Shown here one piece after another: positions 40,383-48,466 of a stretch of 64,000 nucleotides of DNA. The notes beneath the pieces are model-generated. The model ran no database searches. It worked only from the letters and a program-made list of their open reading frames with translations, and was not told the origin of the DNA. Location: positions 2,656,001 to 2,720,000 of the forward strand of contig OZ257156.1 in assembly GCA_965279375.1 (NCBI GenBank). The letters run 5' to 3'. Position numbers and translations under genes: made by a program. Position 1 is the first letter of the stretch. Each line of letters opens with the position of its first letter. This stretch comes from Gemmatimonas sp. (GTDB lineage: Bacteria > Gemmatimonadota > Gemmatimonadetes > Gemmatimonadales > Gemmatimonadaceae).

Positions 40383-41798
40383 TCAGTCGGTCTGCGTGGA
40401 ATGCGAGGGTGAAGCATCATCGTCGTGGTCCGAACCGCCATCGTCGGCGTCGCCGTCGTCGAGTGCATCGTCACTCGAGGTCCCGTCGTCGCTGCCGCCT
40501 TCGGATTTCCGACGCTGCTCGGCGGCACGCAGGCGTCGGCCACCTCGACGGCCACGACGGCGCTTACGCCGCGGCCCGTCTTCCGTTCCTTCCGGCTGCT
40601 CGGCTGCGTCGTCCGCTCGTGCGTCCGCAGGTGCGTCGGCAGTTGACGCTGCCTCGGCGATCGCTGCGGGCTCCACTGCGGCCACGGGCGGCAGTGGCGC
40701 GGCAACAACGGGCGCGGCAACAGCGGGCGCGGCTACAGCGGGCGCGGCCTGCGGCGGTGCTGGCGGGACGGCCGTGGTGATGACGTCCGCGACCACCGGC
40801 TCGGCGATGCGTTCGATGCTCCGCACCGCGGGGCGATTGCTTGGCGTTGAACGCGGCGGCCGACTCTTCGCGCCAGCGCGGGCGTTCGCGCGCGCATCGT
40901 CGTGGTCGATCGCCATGTCTTCGATGTCGCTGGGCACTTCATGCGTGTCGGTCGCGTGCATGCCATCGAAGCCGCCGATCTCTTCGCGCAACTCGGCGAG
41001 CGGCACGACGCGCGAATCGCCTTCGGCGGTGCGCAGCGTGACGCGATCGTTGAAGATGTCGCAGCTGACGACCTTCTCTTCGCCCAGCTTCGTCTGAAGA
41101 ATCTTCCCTTCCTTGGGGAAGCGTCGACGACTCTGCACGTAGAACTCGTGCTCGTATCGCAGGCAGCACATCAGCCGCCCGCACGCCCCAGAGATCTGCT
41201 GGGGATTGAGCGAGAGCTTCTGGTCCTTGGCGACGCCAAGATTGACCGGGCGCAGGTCCGGGAGCCACGACGACGAGCAGTACTCGCGACCGCAGCGACC
41301 AACGCCGGAGAGACGCTTGGCCTCGTCGCGCACGCCGATCTGTTTGAGCTCGATGCGGGTGCGAAACATCGCCGCGAGATCGCGCACAAGCGCGCGGAAG
41401 TCGACGCGACGTTCGGCGGTGAAGTAGAACGTCAGCTTGCGACGATCCCACTGCCACTCGGCGTCGGTCAACTTCATCACGAGCCCATTGGCTTTGACGC
41501 GTTCGAACGCACGCCGACGGGCGGACTCGTTCTCGGCGCCCATCTCGCGTTCGCGCACGTCTTCTTCGCGTGTGGCGAGTCGGAGTGCCTTGCGCGGTGG
41601 CGGTGCGGTGCCACAGCCGTGCGCGCAGCCGCGGCAGCGCACTTCGGCGAGCTCGCCGGTGGCATGCACGCGACCGAAGTCCTCCCCGCGGTCGGCCTCG
41701 ACAATGATTCCGGCCTTGAGAGCCGGCACTGTCTCCTCCTCCCACTGGAAGAACTCTTTGCGATTGCCTCGAAAGGCGACTTCGATGAGGTGCGCCAC
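40383..41798 (-). CDS. ricT: PSP1/YaaT (RicT)-domain protein with long disordered tail
   Basis: FYFTAERRVDFRALV, RIELKQIGVRDEAK, GRCGREYC, ISGACGRLMCCLRYE. Confidence 0.85.
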   Translation of the reverse strand: MAHLIEVAFRGNRKEFFQWEEETVPALKAGIIVEADRGEDFGRVHATGELAEVRCRGCAHGCGTAPPPRKALRLATREEDVREREMGAENESARRRAFERVKANGLVMKLTDAEWQWDRRKLTFYFTAERRVDFRALVRDLAAMFRTRIELKQIGVRDEAKRLSGVGRCGREYCSSSWLPDLRPVNLGVAKDQKLSLNPQQISGACGRLMCCLRYEHEFYVQSRRRFPKEGKILQTKLGEEKVVSCDIFNDRVTLRTAEGDSRVVPLAELREEIGGFDGMHATDTHEVPSDIEDMAIDHDDARANARAGAKSRPPRSTPSNRPAVRSIERIAEPVVADVITTAVPPAPPQAAPAVAAPAVAAPVVAAPLPPVAAVEPAAIAEAASTADAPADARADDAAEQPEGTEDGPRRKRRRGRRGGRRLRAAEQRRKSEGGSDDGTSSDDALDDGDADDGGSDHDDDASPSHSTQTD

Positions 41799-41809
41799 GC
41801 GTGTGCGCC

Positions 41810-42778
41810 CTACTCGGTGAACTGGCCCATGCGCAAAAACTTTTCGCGACGACGTCGCACGAGCTTGTCCGGCTTGAGACGGCGCAGGTCTTCGAGGTTC
41901 TTGATCAGGGCGTCGCGCAGTGAATTGGCCGACGTCTGGTGATCGGAGTGCGCGCCGCCGACGGGCTCGGGAATGATCTCGTCGATGACCTTGAGTTCGA
42001 TGAGATCCTTGGCGGTGAGTCGCAGCGCGGACGCGGCCTTCTCCTTGATCGCTGGCGTCTTGCCATCCTTCCAGAGAATGGACGCGCAGCCTTCCACCGT
42101 GATGACCGAGTACACCGCGTTCTCGAGCATCAGCACGCGATCGGCCACACCCAGTGCGAGCGCACCACCCGAGCCACCTTCGCCGATGACCGTCGCGACG
42201 ATGGGCACCTGCAGCTGGCTCATCTCGAGGAGATTGCGTGCGATCGCTTCGCCCTGTCCGCGCTCTTCAGCGCCGAGTCCCGGCCACGCGCCCGGCGTAT
42301 CGATGAAGGTGATGACCGGCACCTGGAACTTCTCGGCCAGCTTCATGTGGCGCAGCGCCTTGCGGTAGCCCTCGGGGTGGGGCATGCCGAAGTTGCGCTT
42401 GAGGTTCTCCTTGGTGTCGCGGCCACGTTGCTGGCCGATGACCATCACCGTTTCGCCGTCGAGTCGCGCCCAGCCACCGATGATGGCGCCGTCGTCGCGA
42501 AACGCGCGATCCCCGTGCAACTCGATGAAGTCGGTGAAGGCGAGGCGGATGTAGTCGGCCGTGAAGGGACGACGGGCAATGCGCGCCACCTGCACGCGCT
42601 GCAGCGGCGTCAGGTCGCGATAAATCTCAACCCGGAGCGACGAGAGCTTCTGTTCGAGCGGCGCGATTTCCTTCGCCACATCGATCGAGCGTTCGCCGGC
42701 GAGCTTCTTGAGCTCCTCGATCTGCTTCTCGAGCTCGGCCAGCGGTTTCTCGAACTCAAGAACGGGTGCGGAAGCCAT
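41810..42778 (-). CDS. accA: Acetyl-CoA carboxylase carboxyltransferase alpha
   Basis: LEFEKPL, ELHGDR, NFGMPHPEGYRKA, AEERGQGEAIA, GEGGSGGAL. Confidence 0.97.
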   Translation of the reverse strand: MASAPVLEFEKPLAELEKQIEELKKLAGERSIDVAKEIAPLEQKLSSLRVEIYRDLTPLQRVQVARIARRPFTADYIRLAFTDFIELHGDRAFRDDGAIIGGWARLDGETVMVIGQQRGRDTKENLKRNFGMPHPEGYRKALRHMKLAEKFQVPVITFIDTPGAWPGLGAEERGQGEAIARNLLEMSQLQVPIVATVIGEGGSGGALALGVADRVLMLENAVYSVITVEGCASILWKDGKTPAIKEKAASALRLTAKDLIELKVIDEIIPEPVGGAHSDHQTSANSLRDALIKNLEDLRRLKPDKLVRRRREKFLRMGQFTE

Positions 42779-42810
42779 AGCGATACGGAAGAAAGGAAGC
42801 GCGGTTGCGG

Positions 42811-45800
42811 TCAGCCATCGGCGCGCACGAGGCGCACACGATCGGCGCCCAGCAGCGCGCGAAGATCGGTCAGGACAACGGGTGACACAGCGACGGTGAG
42901 GGTCCGCGAGCGAAAGCGCACTTGGTGACCGTCGCCGCTGTTCCAGCGCACTTCGATCGGTGCAGAGCCGTGATGGTTGTCGATCGTCAGCCGGATATCG
43001 TCCATGACCGAAGGCGCGAGATCGAGTCCGCGCTCCAGGTCGATGGCGACCCCCACCTCGCCGTTGGCGCGCACTTCCGTGAAGCGCGTGACCGACTCGA
43101 CGATGAACGTGGGGTTCTCGACCCCCTGATCCTTCCGGGAGTATCCGCCCTTGAGCAGCAGCGGAATGTCCGGCCGGACGCGTTCCGCGATCACCGCCCA
43201 GGCTTCCTGGAAGACCAACACCTCGGCAGACCCCGAAAAATCCTCCACGGTGAGTCGAGCAAACTCGGCGCCGGAGCGTTTCGAAATCTGTCGCTTGATA
43301 GCCGTCACCACCACCCCGATCGTTACAGACTCGGGCGTCCACGTCCCCAGCTGCGCGACCGTGTGGGACGCGAACAGCTCGCACTCCGTCCGGAAGGGGT
43401 CGAGGGGGTGGCCGGAGATGTAGAAGCCCAGCAGCTCCTTCTCCCGCTGAAGCCGCTCACTCTCCGACCAGACCGACGCGTTCGGGAGCGTCGGGGCCGG
43501 CGCCTCCGCCGACATCCCCGACCCCTCGTCAGGGCTCGGCTCGCCAAAGAGCGACCCTTGGCCGATGGCGGCCTCCCCCTGCCGCAGCGACGCCTCGTTA
43601 ATCGCATGGTCGAGCGCGGCCATGAGCTGCGCCCGATGACCGCCCAGCCCGTCGCAGGCGCCCGTGGCGATCAGGGCTTCGAAGACGCGCTTGTTGCAGA
43701 CCCGCAGGTCGACGCGCGAGCACAGATCGTACAGCGACGTGAACGGGCCCGCCTCGCGCGCGGCGAGCAGCGAGTCGATCGCGCCGCGCCCCACGTTGCG
43801 TACGGCACCCAATCCAAAGCGCACGCGGATTTCGCCGTGTACCGTGAAGCGCCATCCGGACTCGTTCACATCCGGCGGCAGGACCTCGAGCCCCATTTCG
43901 CGCGCTTCGGCGATGTACTTGATGACCTCTTCGGTCTTGCCGATCTGCGCCGACAACAGCGCCGCCATGAACTCAGCGGGATAGTGCGCCTTGAGCCACG
44001 CGGTGTGGTACGACAGCACCGAGTAGGCGACCGAGTGCGACTTGTTGAAGCCGTAGCGGCCGAACGTCTCAATCTGTCCTGACAGCTCGTCGATGATCTT
44101 GGGATTGTGGCCCCGTGCGACGGCCTTCTCGGTGAACTTGCCGAGCTCCTTCTTGATCAGCTCCGCGTCCTTCTTGCCCACCGCCTTTCGCAGCACGTCG
44201 GCTTCGGCGAGCGAGATGCCGGCGATCACCTGCGCCAGACGCATCACCTGTTCCTGATAGGTGATGACGCCGTACGTGTTGGAGAGAATCGGCTCCAACT
44301 CGGGCAGCGCGTACGAGACGGGCTCTTCGCCGCGTTTGCGCTTGATGTAGACGTTGTGCATCCCCGCGTCGAGCGGGCCGGGACGCAGCAGTGCGTTAGA
44401 GGCGACCAAGTCGTCGAAGCGGTCGCAGCGCATGCGCTTGAGCACGTCCGTCGCGAGCGGCGATTCGAACTGGAACACGCCGGCGGTGCGACCAGCACGC
44501 AGCAACCGGTACGTCTCGGGATCGGTGAAGCCGCGTTCTTCCAGCACGACTTCCTTGCCGCTCCGCTGCTTGATGAGCGCGAGCGTATCGCTGATGACGG
44601 TGAGCGTCGTCAGACCGAGGAAGTCCATCTTGAGCATGCCCGCCTTTTCCAGCGCGGTCATGTCGTACTGCGTCACGATGACGCGTTCGTCGTCGCCTGA
44701 GCCCGAGCCTTTGGTAGCCTGCGTGCAGATTGGCACGAAGTCGTCAAGCGGACCTGGCGCGATGACGACACCGGCAGCGTGCACGCCGGTGTGGCGCGAG
44801 AGTCCTTCGAGCGAGATCGCGAAGTCGAGCAGCTGCTTGTAGCGCGGATCGTCCTCGTAGAAGCGCTTGACTTCGGGGACCTGCGCAATCGCTTCCTTGA
44901 CGGTGAGCGAGAAGTTGGGCGCGTTGGGGATGAGCTTGGCCAGCGCGTCCGTTTCGCCCGGCGTGAAGCCCAGCGTGCGCCCGACGTCCTTGATCGCGGC
45001 GCGCGACTTCATCGTTCCGAAGGTGACGATCTGGCCGACGGAATCCTTGCCGTACTTCTGACGCACGTACTCGATCACTTCGCCGCGGCGCTCGAAGCAG
45101 AAGTCGACGTCGACGTCAGGCATCGACACGCGCTCCGGATTCAGGAAGCGCTCGAAGAGCAGATCGAACTCCAGCGGGCACACATCGGTGATGCGTGTGG
45201 CGTATGCGACGATCGAGCCTGCCGCGGAACCACGTCCCGGTCCCACGGGAATGCCGCGATCGCGCGCCGCCTTGATGAAGTCGGCGGTGATGAGGAAGTA
45301 GCCCGCGTAGCCCGTCTTGGTAATGACGCCGAGTTCGTAGTCGAGTCGCTCGACGACGTTGGCCGGCAGCGGATCGCCGTAGCGCGCCTTGGCGCCTTCC
45401 GTCGCCAACTGCACGAGATAGTCGTTTTCCGACGTGAGTCCGTCGGGCAACGGAAACGACGGCACGTAGTACTTTTTGGCGAACTGCACGTCGACGCTGT
45501 CAGCGATCGCCAGCGTGTTGGTGAGTACGTCTTCACGGCCCGGGAAGAACGGCCGGATTTCATCCGCGTTCTTGAAGTACAGGCCATCGTCGTACTTCAT
45601 CCGATCGCGGTCGTTGCGATCCTTACCGAGTCCGATGCACAGCAGCACGTCGTGCGCATCGTGGTCCTCGTGCTTGAGGAAGTGCGCATCGTTCGTGGCC
45701 ACGACGGGCAGTCCAACGTCGTCGGCGAGCGACAGGATCTTGGCGTTGAGCTTCGCCTGTCCTTCGCTGGTGTGCGCCTGCACCTCGAGGAAGTAGCGCC

Positions 45801-46305
45801 CCTTGAACAGTTCGGCGTACCACGCCGCTGCTTCGCGCGCTTCCTCGACGCGATCCTCCATCAGGTGCGACGCGACTTCGCCCGCGAGGCAGGCCGAGGA
45901 GACGATGATGCCTTCGGAGTGCGCCGCGAGCAGTTCGCGGTCGATGCGCGGCTTGGTGTAGAATCCCTCGGTGTATCCCAGCGAGGAAAGCTTGACGAGG
46001 TTCTTGTACCCGACGATGTCCCGCGCGAGGAGCACGAGATGGTAGTAGGGCTTGGCACCCGGCGCCGGCCGGCCGCGCGTGCGCCGATCGCCGGGCGCGA
46101 CGTAGGCTTCCATGCCGATGATCGGCTTGATGCCGGCCTTCTTGGCCTTTTCCTGGAATTCCCAAGCGGCGTGCATGTTGCCATGATCCGTGATGGCGAG
46201 CGCCGGCTGTTCGAACAGCTTGGCGCGCGAGATCAGGTCATCGATACGATTCGCGCCGTCGAGGAGCGAATACTCGGAGTGGCAATGCAGGTGAACGAAC
46301 GACAT
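42811..46305 (-). CDS. dnaE: DNA polymerase III alpha subunit
   Basis: FVHLHCHSEYSLLDG, GPGRGSAAGS, FERFLNPERVSMPDVDVDF, YGFNKSHS. Confidence 0.98.
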   Translation of the reverse strand: MSFVHLHCHSEYSLLDGANRIDDLISRAKLFEQPALAITDHGNMHAAWEFQEKAKKAGIKPIIGMEAYVAPGDRRTRGRPAPGAKPYYHLVLLARDIVGYKNLVKLSSLGYTEGFYTKPRIDRELLAAHSEGIIVSSACLAGEVASHLMEDRVEEAREAAAWYAELFKGRYFLEVQAHTSEGQAKLNAKILSLADDVGLPVVATNDAHFLKHEDHDAHDVLLCIGLGKDRNDRDRMKYDDGLYFKNADEIRPFFPGREDVLTNTLAIADSVDVQFAKKYYVPSFPLPDGLTSENDYLVQLATEGAKARYGDPLPANVVERLDYELGVITKTGYAGYFLITADFIKAARDRGIPVGPGRGSAAGSIVAYATRITDVCPLEFDLLFERFLNPERVSMPDVDVDFCFERRGEVIEYVRQKYGKDSVGQIVTFGTMKSRAAIKDVGRTLGFTPGETDALAKLIPNAPNFSLTVKEAIAQVPEVKRFYEDDPRYKQLLDFAISLEGLSRHTGVHAAGVVIAPGPLDDFVPICTQATKGSGSGDDERVIVTQYDMTALEKAGMLKMDFLGLTTLTVISDTLALIKQRSGKEVVLEERGFTDPETYRLLRAGRTAGVFQFESPLATDVLKRMRCDRFDDLVASNALLRPGPLDAGMHNVYIKRKRGEEPVSYALPELEPILSNTYGVITYQEQVMRLAQVIAGISLAEADVLRKAVGKKDAELIKKELGKFTEKAVARGHNPKIIDELSGQIETFGRYGFNKSHSVAYSVLSYHTAWLKAHYPAEFMAALLSAQIGKTEEVIKYIAEAREMGLEVLPPDVNESGWRFTVHGEIRVRFGLGAVRNVGRGAIDSLLAAREAGPFTSLYDLCSRVDLRVCNKRVFEALIATGACDGLGGHRAQLMAALDHAINEASLRQGEAAIGQGSLFGEPSPDEGSGMSAEAPAPTLPNASVWSESERLQREKELLGFYISGHPLDPFRTECELFASHTVAQLGTWTPESVTIGVVVTAIKRQISKRSGAEFARLTVEDFSGSAEVLVFQEAWAVIAERVRPDIPLLLKGGYSRKDQGVENPTFIVESVTRFTEVRANGEVGVAIDLERGLDLAPSVMDDIRLTIDNHHGSAPIEVRWNSGDGHQVRFRSRTLTVAVSPVVLTDLRALLGADRVRLVRADG

Positions 46306-46382
46306 AGGCAGGAAAGGATAGCCGCTCTGCCGGGAGTGCGGGAGCACTTGCGCTCCGTCGCCATCCGGCATGGGGAGATGCG

Positions 46383-47444
46383 ATGCGCCGCTCGCTGAGT
46401 TGGCGTGGGTTTCGTCGCGGCGCTGGGCTGCTGGCCACGCTGTGTGCAGCGGTGCTCTGCCTCACACCGATGGGGTGCTACATCTCGCGCGCTGCGTTCG
46501 AGGAAGCGCGCATTCTGTCGCGCCGGCAGTCGATCGCCAAGCTCGCCGCCGACACCAGCAGCACATCCAAGATTGACGCGGCCACGCGAGCCAAGCTGGG
46601 ACTAGTGGTCGCAGCTCGCAACTTCGCCGTCGATTCCCTGGGGCTCAAGGCAGGAAAGAGCTTCACGGCATACTCTCGTCTCGACCGCGACACGCTCGTG
46701 CTGGTGCTATCGGCCGCCTATCGCGATCGATTGGAGCGGAAGACGTGGTGGTTCCCCGTGGTGGGGCGCTTCCCCTACAAGGGGTTCTTCGACTTCGACG
46801 ACGCGCGCAAGACGGCGACATCGCTGCGCAACGACGGGTTCGACGTCACCGTTGGCGCGTCCTCGGCGTTCAGTACGCTGGGGTGGTTCAATGATCCGCT
46901 GGTCAGTACGACGATCGCGACGGACTCGATCACGCTGGCCAACACGATCATCCACGAACTGCTGCACAACACATACTTCGCCAAGGGGCGCGTGCCTTTC
47001 AACGAGTCCTTCGCCAGCTTCGTGGGTGGGCGCGGCGCCGAGCACTTCTTCCGCGCCCGCGGCGACACGGCGTCCTTGCGTCGCGCCGAGGCGGATTGGC
47101 AGGATGACCTTTTGCTCGGCGCCTTCTGGGCCCGCGTGTCCCACCAGATCGATAGTGTGTTTGCCGCGCTGCCGGCTGACGCGAAAGAGGCGCGCATCGC
47201 CGCACGCGACACGGTGTATACGCACGCGCGCCGCCGGTTGGTGGATTCGATCGGTCCGCAGCTGCGCGGATATCCGGCGGGGTGGGCGGAACGCGTGCCG
47301 CTCAACAATGCAGTGCTGCTGTCGCGCAGAGTGTACGCCGAAGGGTTGGATGGATTCGATTCGGTGTACGTCGCGGAGGGGCGCGATTTGCGGCGCGCGA
47401 TTGAGAAGATCATCGCGCGGGATCGGGAGACGGTACGAAAGTAG
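46383..47444 (+). CDS. Putative zinc aminopeptidase lipoprotein (DUF2265-like)
   Basis: WWFPVVGRFPYKGFF, AFSTLGWFNDP, HELLH...NESFA. Confidence 0.85.
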   Translation: MRRSLSWRGFRRGAGLLATLCAAVLCLTPMGCYISRAAFEEARILSRRQSIAKLAADTSSTSKIDAATRAKLGLVVAARNFAVDSLGLKAGKSFTAYSRLDRDTLVLVLSAAYRDRLERKTWWFPVVGRFPYKGFFDFDDARKTATSLRNDGFDVTVGASSAFSTLGWFNDPLVSTTIATDSITLANTIIHELLHNTYFAKGRVPFNESFASFVGGRGAEHFFRARGDTASLRRAEADWQDDLLLGAFWARVSHQIDSVFAALPADAKEARIAARDTVYTHARRRLVDSIGPQLRGYPAGWAERVPLNNAVLLSRRVYAEGLDGFDSVYVAEGRDLRRAIEKIIARDRETVRK

Positions 47445-47448
47445 GGAC

Positions 47449-47529
47449 CGGTAACCGGTCACGCCGTTGGCTGTTCGGCGGCCGGTCACGCAGTTCGCCG
47501 TTCGGTAACCGGTCACGCGGTTCGCTCCA
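47449..47529. repeat. Three 27-bp tandem units (CGGTAACCGGTCACGCAGTTCGCCGTT consensus)
   Basis: Units start at 47449, 47476 and 47503; two more at 48163 and 48190. Confidence 0.9.
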
Positions 47530-47731
47530 CTGATCTCCCGTCACTCACCACTCGTAGCCCGAAACAGGGGTGTGTCGAGTTGGCGGTCCTCGACCCCGCC
47601 TGATCTGAGTGAGAAACTCTGAACCGGGAACTGGCGACTGCGCCCTGCCGCCGCTCTGACACTCCTCTGTTCCGGGTCGCGAGTGGTGGGTGGTCAGTCT
47701 TGAGTGGAGCGAACTGCGTCACCGGTTACCG
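47503..47731. repeat. Repeat copy L: ~229-bp element with 29-bp terminal inverted repeats; long hairpin
   Basis: 47503-47531 versus 47703-47731: 27/29 complementary; direct repeat of 48190-48410. Confidence 0.92.
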
Positions 47732-48086
47732 GTGACGATTGGACACGCCGGCGTAAGCCGAAGAGCATCTTTCGCACGCCGACCAATTCGTCCATCAGAG
47801 ACACCGCTTCGGCTGGATCAATCAGCGCCAGCTCCCGCGCCAGCTTGAGATGACTCTCCAGCTCATTCGCCGACGCAATCGCGATGGTGAGAAATCGCGC
47901 GAACTGCGCCGGCGAATCCTGCCCGGCGCCCTCCGCGATGTTCGAGGGAATCGATACGGCCGCGCGGAGCAACTGCGCGCGGAGTCCGGGCGCGTTGCGA
48001 TGGGTGAGGCGTTTGGAGGCGGGATGCAACGCGAGCGTGAGCGCGTGTGCTCTCTGCCAGACATGGAGTTTGTTGTGATCCTGCAT
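47694..48086 (-). CDS. Four helix bundle protein (23S rRNA IVS protein / Avd-like family)
   Basis: KLHVWQRAHAL, GLRAQLLRAAVSIPSNIAEG, FARFLTIAIASANELESHL. Confidence 0.92.
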   Translation of the reverse strand: MQDHNKLHVWQRAHALTLALHPASKRLTHRNAPGLRAQLLRAAVSIPSNIAEGAGQDSPAQFARFLTIAIASANELESHLKLARELALIDPAEAVSLMDELVGVRKMLFGLRRRVQSSPVTGDAVRSTQD

Positions 48087-48189
48087 GGCGACAACGTGCG
48101 GAGCAACGGCGGAATGGCGGTAACCATTTCGATGCCCGGTAGTGCCGATTCACGCATCCAACCGGTAACCGGTCACGCAGTTCGCCGTT

Positions 48190-48410
48190 CGGTAACCGGT
48201 CACGCAGTTCGCTCCACTGATCTCCCGTCACTCACCACCCGTAGCCCGAAACAGGGTTGTGTCGGGTTGGCGGTCCGCGACCCCGCCTGAGCTGAGTGAA
48301 AAACTCTGAACCGGGAACTGGCCACTGCGCCCTGCCGCCACTCTGACACTACTCTGTTCCGGGTCGCGAGTGGTGGGTGGTCGGTCTTGAGTGGAGCGAA
48401 CAGCGTGACC
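48190..48410. repeat. Repeat copy R (687 bp downstream of copy L)
   Basis: Manual alignment with 47503-47723: 13 mismatches in 221 bp, no indels. Confidence 0.92.
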
Positions 48411-48466
48411 CTTCACCGGCGGAACCGGATGGAGCAAACCAGGTGACTGGTTACCGAGAACAACCC

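Noticed and set aside
41810..43384. Apparent 524-aa extended AccA
   Set aside because: The extension overlaps dnaE in another frame; AccA homology starts at ATG 42778.
47694..48086. 23S rRNA gene with an intervening sequence
   Set aside because: No rRNA sequence flanks the gene; the family name is historical.
47449..48457. CRISPR array or DGR interpretation of the repeats
   Set aside because: The 27-bp units are contiguous with no spacers and there are no cas genes. There is no reverse transcriptase, the differences between copies are not adenine-specific, and neither copy is a variable region of a target gene.
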